Assembly: GCA_000697335.1 (NCBI GenBank)
Contig: JNEM01011142.1
Location: 1 to 34,848, forward strand
Origin: Conidiobolus incongruus B7586
Taxonomy: Eukaryota
Length of the DNA stretch: 34,848 bases
Direction of reading: 5' to 3'
The stretch's first letter is position 1, and each line of letters starts with the position of its first letter. A program made the translations under genes and the position numbers. This document shows positions 11,950-26,077 of the stretch, one piece after another. The notes below the pieces were generated by a model. It did not search any database. It was not told where the DNA came from and worked only from the letters and a program-made list of their open reading frames with translations.

Positions 11950-12740
11950 AAATAGTGTTAACATATTAGCTTATAAATTTCCAATTGATAATAAGATAAT
12001 TTAGTATCAAAGCTCGGTTCTAATAAACCATATATTTTAATAATAGTTTATTAATATTTATTAATCATATTCTAGTTTGGAGTTTTTATATATGAGTAAA
12101 AGCAAAATGGTAATATAATATAATTATATTAATAAGGATTTTAATATATCTAACATTAGTTTTATAAATTGATATCCAATTTTATATATTTGTAGAGTTG
12201 ATTTTATTCAATAATTTTCTCAAAATATAATTAATATTTCAATATAATAATAAAGTTCAGAAATATATATATTATATAATTGCAAATTTGTAAATCTATA
12301 TATATAAAAGAATATTTTTATAAATAAAATGGGCTAATATTTTGATTGATTTAAAGATACTAGAAAACCTTAATTGATATAATTTTTGAAAAAATTTCAA
12401 AAATCAAATATTTGCTAAATTAATTCTAATTAATATTAAAGAATCATATAAATATGGTATTATTTGAATATTGATCATATAATTCAATTTAATTGTGTCT
12501 TTAACTTATTATAACTATTGTTGTATTTTGAAAATACTTGTCTGTATCAAATTGATAGTTAAGTCTATATCACCCCTTATTTTTAGTAGCTTCGTCAGTC
12601 AATAGTTAAAGGACACTCTTTGTTCTCTTTGTGAGATGTTAACCAAACTCTATATCATTCATTGAATAAGCTATTTAGACCCAGAAGAGATTAAGATAGA
12701 AGAAATGGTTTTTCTGAAAATTCTGCTACAATGTCTCATT
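11950..12740 (-). pseudogene. Possible heavily eroded lipase remnant
   Basis: Short matches to the 6389-7393 gene occur in the right order (atcaaagctcggttc ~12006, ctttgtgagatgttaacca ~12627, tttagacccagaagagattaagat ~12674). The spacing is only roughly consistent. Confidence 0.25.
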
Positions 12741-13740
12741 ATTAAGTTTTAAGACATACAGTCCCAATACGTTAAAGAGCAGGATTAATAAATAATTTAC
12801 TAAATTATATTAAGAGTACCTTTCTAACAACGATCATCACTTAAAAAACTTATAAAACATAAAACTATGATTGATCTTACAAATTTTGAAATTATATGAT
12901 GATATGGTTTAAATCATTGTTTATAGTCAATCAAATTCTGAATACAAATAAAATATTAATTACTAATGAAAAATTTATTGGTTTGGTTTATAATGATATG
13001 TAAGTCAATATTTTTTATAATAATATTAATAAAATGAATATAAAAATTGGTATTTAATAATTAGTTTATCGAGAATCAATTTACTTATAGTTTAAATACA
13101 AGTGATTTTATTGAAATTAGTGTATTTTACTTGAAATATTAAATTAAAATTTTATAATAAAGGTATTGTATAAGTTATAAAATGTTACAATATAAAAACA
13201 AAGCGAATACATTATTTTCATAAATAACCCTATTTTTGTTAAAATTGTTTTTAAAACATATATCATAGAATGATTTGGTATTAATAAAAATATTAAAAAT
13301 TGCTTATTTCTCAAATAATGAAATGTGATATATTTTATTAAATATACAGTAATCAAATATTAATGGTTTTAGTAAACGCAGTAAATCTTGTGAGATATTT
13401 GAAAATTGATTATTACCTATTGATTCAAAATTCAAAATTAAATTTTAGTATTAATTTTATTAAAAATTTTGAGCTTCACTAATGTAAATTTGCTTATCTT
13501 AATTAATGCTAATATTACAAAAAGAGTTTCATTTTAAATTCAAAAAAGTTTTAATCGATTTAAAAAAATACTATCTATTATTTTGAATATATATTTGATA
13601 GTAATAAGCTTTGAAATAGTTATAAAAGATGGAATTTGAATGATGAGAGCTTTGGTGGTTTTATATTTGTTATCCTGTATATAAAAAAGTTATATAAATT
13701 TCAATTTTGATAATTCTGGAAAAATATAAACTAAATGAAT

Positions 13741-14742
13741 TTAAACAAGCTGATCTCAAGGGTCAAGTAGAAGCAAAGAGATAGCCATGAGAAATAATAA
13801 AAGGACAATCTATCCACTGTTAATCTGGAACTTCATTATAATTTTGCTTACAAATTTTAAACTGGCCATAAGAAAATACAGCGAAAGCCAAGTGCATTTC
13901 TCCAGAAACGTGGAAAAAACCATTATTTTGGTAGGGTGCTTGACTAAAGTTATATCTCTTGTTGGTATGCCTGGAAATGGGAATATTCAATCCAGTAGTA
14001 TGATCTACAAAGGCCCTATTTCCGACTCGAGGATCATTATAAATAAACAACTCCATTATATAAATTGTAGCCAGAATTGTTTGAATTCGACTAGGGGGAT
14101 GGACTGCAACTGCAACTTCTCCTAAACTTTGGCCAAGGATGATCACTTTGTAACCTTTATTTTATCAACTTTTAACAGTCTAAATAAATAAAATTCTCCT
14201 CTACTTTAGATTTTAATCTCTTGTGAGTACTATAAAAGCTAATGTAATCTTTAGTATCATCACCAAATCTTTTAAATGGGATAGACTTAGCTAAGATCTC
14301 TCATTCAATTTTGTGCCATCATACTACCTCGACGCAATACGACAAATTCTTTGGTATCAACATAAACTCCAAATACTATCATACCTTCGTAGTCAAATGA
14401 TCAAAAAACAATAATTTACAATCTCTTCATTTTTCTTGGAGATAATTAAAATTAATATTATTAGTTACATTGGCAATAAGGTTGTATAACAAATTGGAAA
14501 TGGAACTTGACGTAATCTAGGGAAGGTATCGTAATATTGGTGGATGTGTCTAACTTAATGGGAGGATTGTCGTTTGCCTCCTTAGCTACGTTAACCACAC
14601 ATCCTGGTTGAAGCTCTAGCAAATTGCCAATTTCCACCTTTGAATCAAGAAAGATAGAGGATTTACTAGGTAATGGTGATCAATCTTGACCAGCAATTGA
14701 AGCAGCAAGTCATAATCCACTGACCAAGTTAAATTACTCAAT
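13741..14742 (-). pseudogene. Full-length class-3 lipase pseudogene
   Basis: Collinear with 6389-7393 over ~1 kb (ILGQSLG, DPRVGNRAFVDH, GLNIP, HVSGEMH). It has frameshifts, premature stops and no intact start codon; ORF 13820-14146 is a fragment of it. Confidence 0.9.
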
Positions 14743-16742
14743 GATATCTATTGGTGATTGTAAAAATAACTACATATATTAAATAAAAACTTATGAAGTA
14801 AAATTCTCATATGAAATTATTGTACTATATAAATATCAAGATATTAATGTTTGACTTTAGACAAATATATTGAGATAAATCTAGAATACATCGAAATTTG
14901 AAAATAGAATGTATGAATCAAAGTGAAAAGTTATTGTGAAAGATATTAAAAAACATCTAGTCTCTGTTATTTAAACTACAGCTAAGTGTATATTGGATAA
15001 CTAGTAATTGAAGTTCAATAACTAATAAATTTTGGCCATATCTATTTGAATTGATTTTTTTAACAACCAAAATTTTGTATTGTATAAATTTTTATAATCA
15101 TTCTTTTGAATTTTATAGTGGTAGTTCCAGTATTTCAAGGATTAAAATCAAGTTATTTGGTACTTAGCACTAATAACATTGAATTGATTATTATCTGGAT
15201 AGTTCCTTAATATATAAATAAAATTGCTATTATTCATATATATTTATATATGTTAAATATTGGGTATAATACCAAATGTATTTTATTTTTTAAATTCTAA
15301 CAATTTAAAACGGTCAAAACCTATTAAAAAATCAAGTTCTACATTGTATATCAAACCAGATAAAATTAGCACGTTTTTGCTATTTCAACTGGAATAATTT
15401 TAGTTATTTTTTTCTTGGTTTATTTGTGTCGCTCTATACAACCATATTCACCACACTTTCAAATATTTCTAGCCGGATCCAGATTTAATATTTGTGAGAC
15501 AGTTATTAATTCTTTTATTAATTTTTAAAATTTAATATATTAAGAATTTTACTTCATTAAGGATATTTAATCCAGCTAAATATTCGATCATTTTAGAGCT
15601 GTTCGTAAAAATCATTCATATAATATCCTGATCAATATAGAATAATATCATGTATTTTAATGTTATATTTTGATCTTTACTATTGAATTTTGAAGTGAAT
15701 ATTTTATTCAAAAATATCAAAAATTAAAAGGTTGTTAATAATGAATATTTTAATATATTAGAGGCTATATAAGGATTCAAAATCATTCATTTTTTATATT
15801 ATCTACAATAATCAATAGTGAATCTATTTACCAAAAATTACTCTTTATAAACTTTTTAATCAAAGATTATAGTATTCAGAATTGATTTGTGTTTTTTAGT
15901 TGAAAACAATTATAAGAATAAGGTATATTTATAAATTTCAAATTAATAAATTATTAATAAATAGATAAATTATCAATTTTTATTCATAATAATAAACTAA
16001 TAAAAAACTATATAATATTGAAAAGTCTTCATACAAACAGGCTATTAGTCTGTCAAATATTGATGTATTTAATATTGAAAATCATATGAAAATGTATTCA
16101 AGTTGTTGATCTAAATATATTTTAAAATTTATAATGTTTGATTGAATCAGGACTCTATTTTTTAAATCAATTATTATTCAAAATATTGGAATTTATATAG
16201 AAATTGATGTAAAATGTAGCTGACTTATTAAATAATATTTTAATTTTGAATGTTAATAATAAACAATAGAATAAATTGAATAATGATATTCTGTGAATGA
16301 ATTAGGTTTTTGTCTTAAGTATTAAGATATTTGAAATAAAATTCCTAAAGGATGATATTGAATAATCTAATATAATATTAATATTTTTGATATTGTTAGA
16401 ATTGAAGTTATAGGATTAGGAAAGTGATTTATGAGGATTTGGCTAAATCTGATCTTGTTTATTAAGTGAATAGTAAGAATGGTATTTATACTGAATTGAA
16501 GCTAAAAAGGAGTAACAATTGATTTGTAATCAGTAATTATATCCATTACTGTATTGAGTAGCTAGGTGTATATGTTATTGAAATATATAATGTAATGAAT
16601 CAATTAGAACTATACATCAATTGTATGATTAGTAATAATGTTCATATCTCATATTTGCAGGCCTAACAATATAATTGAATAATTCAATAAATGAATAATT
16701 GAAGGATATTTATTAAGAATTGATAATTTAACACATATCAAA

Positions 16743-17189
16743 CTAATTTCCATTAATAGATTGATTGATATTGCTATCGCCCATGGTAAAGGTGGGGTTA
16801 TTGGTCACATTCTCACCTGATAATTGTTGTCTGTCACCCGCGACAACATTATGGTTAGTCGATTTATCTGTGTTTTGGTTACCGTTGCTACCAATGAGAC
16901 CTATACCGTTGAGCAACTGTCTACGAGAGAGGACGAGGTCTTGAGCGGTTCCCGAGATTTTGTTAGTGAAGACTTGTAAACCGTTACCCTGACCTACGAA
17001 TAGACCATCTCCATGAACGTCATTTGCTTGAGAATTTGATGAATTATGAGCGTTGCCACCTCGATCACCAGCTCCGTTCTGACTACCACGTCTTTGGAGA
17101 CCGTATCTACCAGGATAGTATCTGCCATAAGGAGCGGCTGGGGCGGCCAAAGCGACGGATGTGAATAAGGCAACGAGTAAAAATTTCAT
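16743..17189 (-). CDS. Small secreted Gly/Asn/Gln-rich protein (148 aa) with two dibasic RR sites; putative Kex2-processed peptide precursor
   Basis: GC-rich coding-like composition against AT-rich flanks. The classic signal peptide MKFLLVALFTSVALA-AP supports the ATG at 17189 rather than the ORF-track start at 17213. QRR and SRR sites; no Cys. TATATAAA on the - strand at 17254-17261. Confidence 0.88.
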   Translation of the reverse strand: MKFLLVALFTSVALAAPAAPYGRYYPGRYGLQRRGSQNGAGDRGGNAHNSSNSQANDVHGDGLFVGQGNGLQVFTNKISGTAQDLVLSRRQLLNGIGLIGSNGNQNTDKSTNHNVVAGDRQQLSGENVTNNPTFTMGDSNINQSINGN

Positions 17190-18461
17190 CTTTTTGTTTT
17201 TTAAGATATACACAATGAATAAATGTTAATTTGAATTTTAAATTCTGGTAATCTTTATATACTGTTTTGAACATTTAATAATTACAAAATTTGGCTGTGT
17301 GAATTAGTTTAAAAGTGATAATAATGTATGGAATATGGCAATGAAATTGACTATTACTCAATGATATTGAAACTTAATGGCTGAGTGCTTCATTCATTCA
17401 ATAGTAAATTCAATTGATGAATATAAATAATTCAATAAATTACTGTATTCAAATTAATATTAAGTAGTAATAAATAATTGCAAAATTAATTACTGTTATT
17501 ATCAATGTATTAAAAATTTTGAATTTATGGCTCAAATAAAACTGGTTAATTCTACAATGTTTTGGGCTCAGTATTCATTTTTAACTGACTAAAAAATTAA
17601 TAAATGAGGAATTGACTAATTTAGAACACCAATACATTAAAATATTGTTTAAATGAAATCAATTCAATCATTAAAATTATCATTGAATCATAATAATAAT
17701 CCATTTTTCTATATAAAATTATACAAAATTTCGTATTACATATATTTTATAATCTATTTTATAATTTAAGCAATTAAAAAATAATTTCAAAATTTGGACA
17801 AATCAATTATTTGAAAATCAGGTTTAATTAAATTTTTTGATGGCTGAAAATGAATCCTTAGGAATATGAAAAATCGCCACTTAATATTCCGATTTGTATG
17901 TATTTATGACTTGAAAATCAACCAATCACTAAAAATTGATTTTCTACTAATAACTTTATTATAGTAAAAACATATGAAGTTAATTGAATAGTTATCAATA
18001 AATGCCATAGTTTGTTAATTTCAGTTGGTTAATTCATAGATTTCTTTTTCAATTTTTTAAAATCAATTAAACTTTGAAATTTTTGAAAAAATAAATGATG
18101 CAAGGTTAAAGAACTAGTTTGTAAATATAAATTGAATCAAAATACAAAATTGATATATATTATTTAAATTTAATAATTTAACAACTCTAAAAATGTCAGT
18201 TATATTAGAAAAATTTGAATATTAAATCTTATTAAAATTTGTGGAATTAAAGTCTTGGTTAATGTGTTCTGTACTAATAATTTCAATTGTTTCAACAATA
18301 TTGTGCAGTTTCAATTAATTTTAAAAATCATTTATATGAATTGAAAAATGAAAAATAGGTGGTTCCAATATAGAAAAATTTTTATTAATAATAAATTCAA
18401 AGTAGTCAAAAATTTGTAAGGATCACGAGCGGTTAACTTGGAAAAGGGGGAGTAGTCGATG

Positions 18462-21400
18462 CTACCGATAACCATCGTGTTTGTTACCAAAGTAAGTGTC
18501 ATCCTCGTCACTACTCAATTCCCTTTCGGACATGGCTGGACTTGATGTCTGGGTTAATTTGTAATCGCCATGGGTTTTTTGAGCTTTGTAGCGACGAGAT
18601 AATTTCTTACAGATGGTGTGGATCAATTCAACTCCGTAGAATTCATATATTAAGGCGGTTATGAAGTTGAGAGCAGCGTAGATCAGGACGGTGTAATGCA
18701 TTTCAGAGGGTAAGTCAGTCAATTCGAGTACATTGTTGGCCCATTCGAAGCCTCCCAAACTCAACATGATGGAGATCGCTGTGAGGATGATGACAGTGGC
18801 CATGAAGGGATAGTTGGAGAACATGGATCGACGGTGACGAGCTCCCAAAGAAAAGATCACAGCAACGAAAATGTATTGGAAGGAAGATACTAAGAAAAGA
18901 GTAGAATTATCGTGGTTCAGAATGTTCTTTTCATCGGGATCGAAATCGGGCTTTTCGTACCAGGGCTTAGTGTGGATGTAGAGCCATGCACAAGCTTGGA
19001 AAATGATCACAATGATAGTTTGGCCAGCGAAGGATGAAATAACACGAGGCGACATGAGAGATGATGTAGGACTCTTCTTATGAATCTTAGCATTGGCTTC
19101 AGTACGTCCCATGAATATAGCAAGAGGGATAATTGTAAACAAGTCAAACCACAAGAATTGGAAGTCACCAAGACCAGAGCCATAGTAGTAGAGGATAATG
19201 ATGGAGGTGAATTGAATAACTGAGTAGAGAGCCATGTACTTGAAGCAGCTGAAACTAGTGACAAGAGCAGCACGACCTTCACGAATAACCTTGGAAACAC
19301 AACGAATATCAGTGATGCGGGAGGTGAATGGAGCAGCTACAGAAGCTTCAGCTTCGGAGAGAGAAATACCCATATCAGCAGCTTTCAAAGCACCACAATC
19401 GTTGGCACCATCACCACAAAAACCAACAGTGTAATCGAGTTGTTGCAATTTTTCAACCAATTCTTGTTTTTCATCGGGGGACATACGGGCATAGACAGCG
19501 GTTTTGGCGAGCATTTGGTTGATCACAGTCTCTTCAGAAAAGTCTATGATCCATCTGAAAGCTTCACCAGTGACTGCAAGACTGTAGTTGGTGCAGGTAC
19601 GAGCAGAGGGGCGTAAGGTCACTGAGTCTAAGCGCATAGTGTTATCGTCAATAGATTCCCAAATGACCCTGTCGGCGGTGTTGTTATTGACAGCATCAAT
19701 AATCCTTGGAACGAAAACAACGGCCTTTTCGTCAACAATACCACATTGCTTAGCGACACTGATAGCAGTTAAGTGGTTGTCACCTGTGCACATAACTTGA
19801 CGGATATTGGCATTAGCGAGAATCTTGATGGATGAAACGGTCATTTCCTTCAACTTGTTCTCAAATACAATCAATCCCAAGAAAGATAAATCACTTTCGT
19901 ATTCGGTACGTTTAGCCTTGCTGAGATTAACAACATCAATGGAATCCAGACTCTTACCAGCAATGGCAATGACACGGTAACCTTGATGAGTGTAAGAAGC
20001 AACCAATTCGTGGTAGTTGGGAGGAAGAGTTTCTGGACGGCAAAGAGGAGCTGTCATAATTTCGGGAGCACCCTTCAAAAACACTTCATAAGTACTAGAT
20101 TTCCATCTTTGGACAACCACAGACATTCTGCGAAGGGAGGACACGAATTCAAAAGTATTCAAGATTTTAATTTCAGTGTAGTCCTTGGGCAATGCGGCAG
20201 AAAGAGAATAGTCCATAGAGTAGCGAGGAGTGTGAGGGGGTCTGACAATAATAGCAGAGTGATGATTTTCGTTTTCAGAGTTCTGTTCTTTGCCTCCTTC
20301 ATCTAAGCTCCATTGAGTGAATTCGAACATCTTCAAATCCAAGGGATCGCCCATAAGAGTACCATTGACATTCTTGATAGAATGGCAAGTAGCAAGAGCA
20401 TACATCAAATCAATGGGAGTGTTAGTTTCAGGATCTTCAATGGGGAAGGGAGTGGTTTCCAAGTTATCGAACAAACTGTTTTTAATATCATGAACACCCA
20501 ACACATCCAAACCATCTTCGGTCAAAGTACCAGTTTTGTCAAAACAAATGATATCAACTTTACCACATACATTAACTCTAGAGGGAGCAATACAGAAAAT
20601 ATCTGATTTCTTCAATCTAGAGATGGCAAATGATAAACCGATAGACATAGTAGCAGGAAGGGCTGGAGGTACAACAATAGTGATCAAATCCAAAGCCTTC
20701 ATCACAATTTGACGCCATGATACACCAATAGTGAGGAATTGCCACAAGGAGATGAAGAATCCAATTAATGCAACACCGAATAACATAGCGACGAAGTAGA
20801 AGGAATCACGATAGAATTTGAAGAGGTTGGGGCGAGGGTACAAAATAGAACGAACCAAACTTCCCTTAGTGGTATTGTATCCAGATCTAATGACCATAGC
20901 AATAGCTTGCTTCTTGTCAGTGTTTCTGTCGGGATGGACATTTGCGGGAACGGGACCAGGGCGGATACGAACAATATGAGTACCTGAGAAAAGGAGAGAC
21001 TTGCTCAATTCAGGGCTAAAGAGACCAGAAGAGTTCATTCTGGGGCCGAATTCCTCGAAGACGAGATTCATGTTGGAGATGGGAATCTTGGAAACGGGAA
21101 TACTCTCACCAGTCAACATACTTTCGTTGATGACACAATCACCTTGAAGCAAGAGAGAATCACAAGGGAATACATTAAAGTTCTCAGAGTTCACTTCGAA
21201 AATATCGCCAGGAACGAGAAAATCGGAATCAATGACCTGCCACTTGCGATTTCTGTACACATTCACAGGAACTACGCAACGTGCCATCTTTCTCATCTTT
21301 CTCAAATTCTTTCTGGTATCGATCAAAGTGGTAGTTATGGAAAACACAGAAATGACAAAGATACAAGAAGCATAGTAATAGTAATCTTCAAAACACCACA

Positions 21401-22544
21401 ATACAATACTAAAGATTTGGAAGCAGTAGAAAGGATTCAACACTTCGTCAAAGAGAAGCTTGGGAATGGACTTCTTGGGGATTTCGATCACATTGGGACC
21501 GAAGAGCTGGCGACGTTCGGTATACTCCTGAGAGGTCAATCCACTGTGGCAGGACGATAAATTGCTCCAGCGGAAATCTTGCCAGAGTCGTAACTCTTGA
21601 AAGGCGTTAGTCACAGGATTGAGAATGAAGCGCACAAAGCGATATTCAAATCCCTTTAATTTAGTTATTGAAGATAAATTATCGAATTGAAGTTGATCTT
21701 GTTTGGATTCGCCTTTAGCTTGATCGTGCTAATTGAAATAGTTAGTTGGTATTAAATATATATATATAATAACTAAATTTATTTACATTATAAAATAAAG
21801 TATTGATACCACCAGCATAATTAAAATTGAAAATTTCAACAATATCAAATTCCTGAAATTGGTTCTAAAATAAAAAGATTAGACATAAAATTACTTAATA
21901 GAGTATTAAGTAAAAATTACCTCAACAACGATCCAGTCAGCTTTATCTAATTCAATTTGTTCGCCGACTAACTTGATACGGTACTTGGGTAACCAACGCA
22001 ATACCAAGTAAGCAATACCAAGAGTAAAGATACATAAAAAGATATACATGAACCATTTCAACTTGTTAGTGCGATAACCAGTTGCAGTAATGTAAAGATC
22101 ATCACTCTCCAAGTCGAACTTCTGACTGACAGCGGCAGAAGGGGGGACAAAGGTAGAGTTTATGTTGAATTCGTCGGAATTCTTGGGAGAGTTAAAGTCG
22201 TGAATATTTAAAGTATCTGAGGATACTTGAACCTTTTCTTGTTCAGTATGATCCATATCGCTCATAAGTAAACTATACTCGTCCAATGGAGATTCTTGGT
22301 TAATGTAATCGTCTTCCGAATCCGACCAATCCAACTGCTTAGAACGATATCTTAATTTACTTTTCTGTTTATTTTTTAAACTGGGAGCTAAAGTATTTGA
22401 ACTGGAAGTAGACGCACTACTCTGTTGTAATTTAAAAGTATTGGCGAGTGGACTCTGTAAACCTTCTTGATAGTTAGTACTTCCGTATAAGTAATTGACT
22501 TTCGTTTCTTTGATATTATTTGAATTTTTCAAATTATTTGACAT
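18462..22544 (-). CDS. YPK9: P5B-type P-type ATPase (Ypk9/ATP13A2-like; probable vacuolar polyamine/cation transporter), 3 exons, ~1322 aa
   Basis: Exons are 22544-21921, 21864-21787 and 21728-18462. The phase-0 GT-AG introns 21920-21865 (56 bp) and 21786-21729 (58 bp) have ctaat/ctaac branch sites and keep the frame. Motifs: FGPNVIEI, LTGES, PPALP (P5B), FDKTGTLT, KGAPE, MCTGDN, GDGANDCGALK. Confidence 0.96.
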
Positions 22545-22630
22545 TCAAAAAACCAAAAAAGATACCTTTACGGAAACTTGGTGGAGCTTTTAAAAAGTTT
22601 TTAAACACACACTCACGAACGCTCTCAATA

Positions 22631-22793
22631 CTGTGAGAAAAAAAATCTTATATTAAGAAAAAACTCAATGAACAATTTTTTAAATGTAGAAACTTGATAT
22701 TGGTGAATCAAGGAGTAGCGAAAAATGAATAGGAATAGCTTTATCACAAATACGAAAAAATAACTATCAAAAAAGTAACCAATAGAAACTTAC
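22631..22793 (-). other. Probable 5'-UTR intron of the P5B ATPase gene
   Basis: On the - strand, a GTAAGT donor at 22793 and a tttttttttctcacAG acceptor ending at 22631. An in-frame TGA immediately precedes the ATG, so the region is non-coding. Confidence 0.4.
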
Positions 22794-25700
22794 AGCTTAT
22801 TAACAATCGTTGTTTCTAAAGGATATTAATTGAATACTCTCTCAAATTTTAGTAATTTGAACTCAATAATTGAACTTGATCACTTTTTCAACTATTGACA
22901 ATTTGTTTACACAATCAACCAATTTCACAAGAAAAGTTGGGGGAGATCCCTATAGCACCCAATTCATCACTTTATAAACACTTTTTAATTGATTGAATAT
23001 TATTATGGTACAAATTTAATTTAAACTAATAAAATGATTAAACTATCACTTTACTTAATGAACTGTCCCAAATCAATTATTAGGCAATTTTAAACATTTA
23101 CTCAGTTCTTCCAAATTCCTGCATTCGATCTCTTATTATAGAGCTCATGATCACAAATTTACTCGATTAAGCCATGATTCAAAATTTTGAATTACGAATC
23201 TAATCATAAAGATATTTAATTGGTTCCTCAAATATCCAAATGAGTCAATAATTACCATTTGACGATCTAAAATGTCATTTGAGGGTACTGAATGGATAAT
23301 TTTTACCCCATAAAAATCGTCATTTGACATAAATTATCAAGTTTGAATTGATTAATTAAATCATCTGATGATATCATAAGCTATTAGAAAATAATAGCCT
23401 CAAATTCATAATTATTATTTGAAAAAAAAATAAATTCAAAAGTTTTAAAAATTAAAAAAAGAATTTAATATTATTTCAAATATTCTTTTAATAAAAATAT
23501 AGTTCACATTTAAAATAAATTGATTATCAATTAACAAGAAAAAAAATTTTTAAAATTTAACAATAAATCATTTTAATATTGATAATATATTAATTATTAT
23601 ATATTCAAATCCATCAATAGTTTTAAAATCTATAAAAATGAAATTCTAATTAAATTTTGCGTATTTAATAATTTATCTACAGATGGTTGAATTGAATATC
23701 CTTTATTTTACATAAAATTCAAACTTAATGGAATAAAAATATGTTCACATATTATTTCAATAAGATTGTTAAGAGATTATATGAGGATAAATAAACTAGA
23801 ATAAGGAATTATTGAATGCATTGGTATATGATATTTTTATCGTTTGGAATATTATGATTTTATAACTGTATAAAATGAAAAATTTAATGAATAATAAGCT
23901 TTAATCTTTTTTAAATTTGAACTGACAAAATGTTTGAATTAATCATTTAAAATTCAATTGTCACAGGAAATTTTTTTATAATAATTTATTATTATTCGAT
24001 TTGAGTGATTTAGTTGAGTAGTTATAATGATGAAAATATCATTATATTTCTCGAATTTTCAAAAATATACTGATGAGAATATAAAAAATCATGCAAATAC
24101 AAAGCTTTAATAAATTAGTATTAAAAGTATTTATTCAATAGCTATAAGTATTTAATGAATAATTAATTTTTAACTTTATAATATTATTAATTTAAATATT
24201 TCAAATAGATGTAAAAGTGGTCATAAAATTTAACGAATTATATAAAACAAATATTTTCGAAATTGAACTAAATATCTTGAAACAAAAACTATAGTATTTG
24301 ACAAAATATTAAATCTCTCATAATTCATCAGATAGTTTAACAACCTGATAGTTTCATTAAAATTTTTATTGAGCCACTAATTCAATTGAAAGCTGGTTGT
24401 TACAAACATACTTAATATTCAGCTAACCATTATAATAGTTAACTCAACTTCTATTTTCAATTGTCATATTAATTATAAAGCTAACTAGTCTATGCAATCA
24501 ATTTATACAAACATAGGTATTAATGATTGATTTGTCTTGATATTGTAATTATAATTATTGATCATTGATAAACTACTTTTCTGTTATTTGAATAATCGTG
24601 TGTAAATTGTATATATTCAAAGACACACTACCAATTTCAGTGCTCTAATGTAAGACATCTAATCAATCCAGTATCCATCTATTTATCCTTCTGGAATCAT
24701 AAATAATCATAGCATATTTTTCACTATTATCGATATATAACAATAAATATAACTGGTAATTGATGCAAACACTCTTCCATCTTGGGCATGTTAAAATTGT
24801 ATTTTTTTATAACAATGTAATAACTATTAAATTTCAAAGTTACGGTTCTTCATGAATATACTTCAATATATTATTTCGTTTTCGCTGTTAAACCTAATAT
24901 GTGGACACTGATAATAAATTCTTAAAGAATATTATATCAACTTAACTAGCTGACTAATCACCTTTAATTCTATTTTATTTATTTTTAAATAATATTACTA
25001 AATTATTATACCAAAATTTTTAAATTATAAATCAAATTCTCATTATTTTTTTAAAAAAAATTTGTTAATAGTTGAATTTATTTATTATATTTAGTTTGTT
25101 TTTTAATTATAATAAATTATAATGATAATATGCAATACTTAAATATTTTTTTATTATTTAGTTTTATTATTTAAAAGATTTTTCCTAATTAATTAAAAAT
25201 TTTTGATTAATATAGAATTTTATCATAATTAATATTGTTACAATTTGATGAATAGATTATTAGAACTATATAATTTATAAGTTTAAACTTTAATAAATGA
25301 TCATAGATTATTTAAATTATTTGATCAAATTGGGTAGTTTATTTTTATCAAATATACTATACGATTCATTTCAATTTTATTCAAATTTCAATGATAATTA
25401 TATATAATGGTGAAATAATTCCTGATAATATAATATTTATTATAAAAAATCTAATATAAATTTTAATACTATATTTGTATTCTATAGAAGCGATATTATT
25501 AAATATTCCAATTGATTAATAACTTTAAAATAATAAATTATTTAATTGATTTTTGTATTCATTCATATCTTAATCATTATAAATTAGATAGGACGACTAA
25601 TCATGGCAAAACTGAATTTTATGGAATTATTAAATTTCAATGACATTTATAGTTGTCAAATCCATTCTGAATTGGATATTTAATTTAATTAATTTTCAGT

Positions 25701-26077
25701 TCATTTTTTTAAATTAAAGATAAATAAATAAAATTATTAAAAATATTAAATATATATATTCTATAAAAATAGTTAAATGTTTAAAATTTTGCCAAATCTA
25801 TTATAATAATGAGGTCAAAAATATATGTTTTAACTAATCATTTGGAGAACATTGTGAATTACCAAATAAGGAATAGTTGTAATAAAAAATAAATCAGGAG
25901 ATGTGATAGTCAAAACAAGTTATTGATGACATAATATTATTGGCATTGTTTGATGATGACGAATTCGTCAATCGATAACAAAGGCAAATATTGATTAAAT
26001 AAACAAATCAATGAGTTTAATAGAGTATTGTAAAATTATAGGTTATCAAAGATGAATATTCGTAACTATAGTGACAA

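Noticed and set aside
13144..13356. 70-aa ORF
   Set aside because: Low-complexity I/F/Y/K/L composition expected from AT-rich non-coding DNA, and a non-ATG start.
16250..16670. Coding-like purine bias on the + strand; a similar patch lies at 24600-24900
   Set aside because: Multiple stops and no identifiable motifs.
19007..21560. Eight short ORFs overlapping the ATPase (antisense or alternative frame)
   Set aside because: They are shadow ORFs of a GC-richer coding region and have no motifs.
21906..22544. 212-aa ORF as a separate gene
   Set aside because: It is exon 1 of the P5B ATPase, joined in frame by canonical introns.
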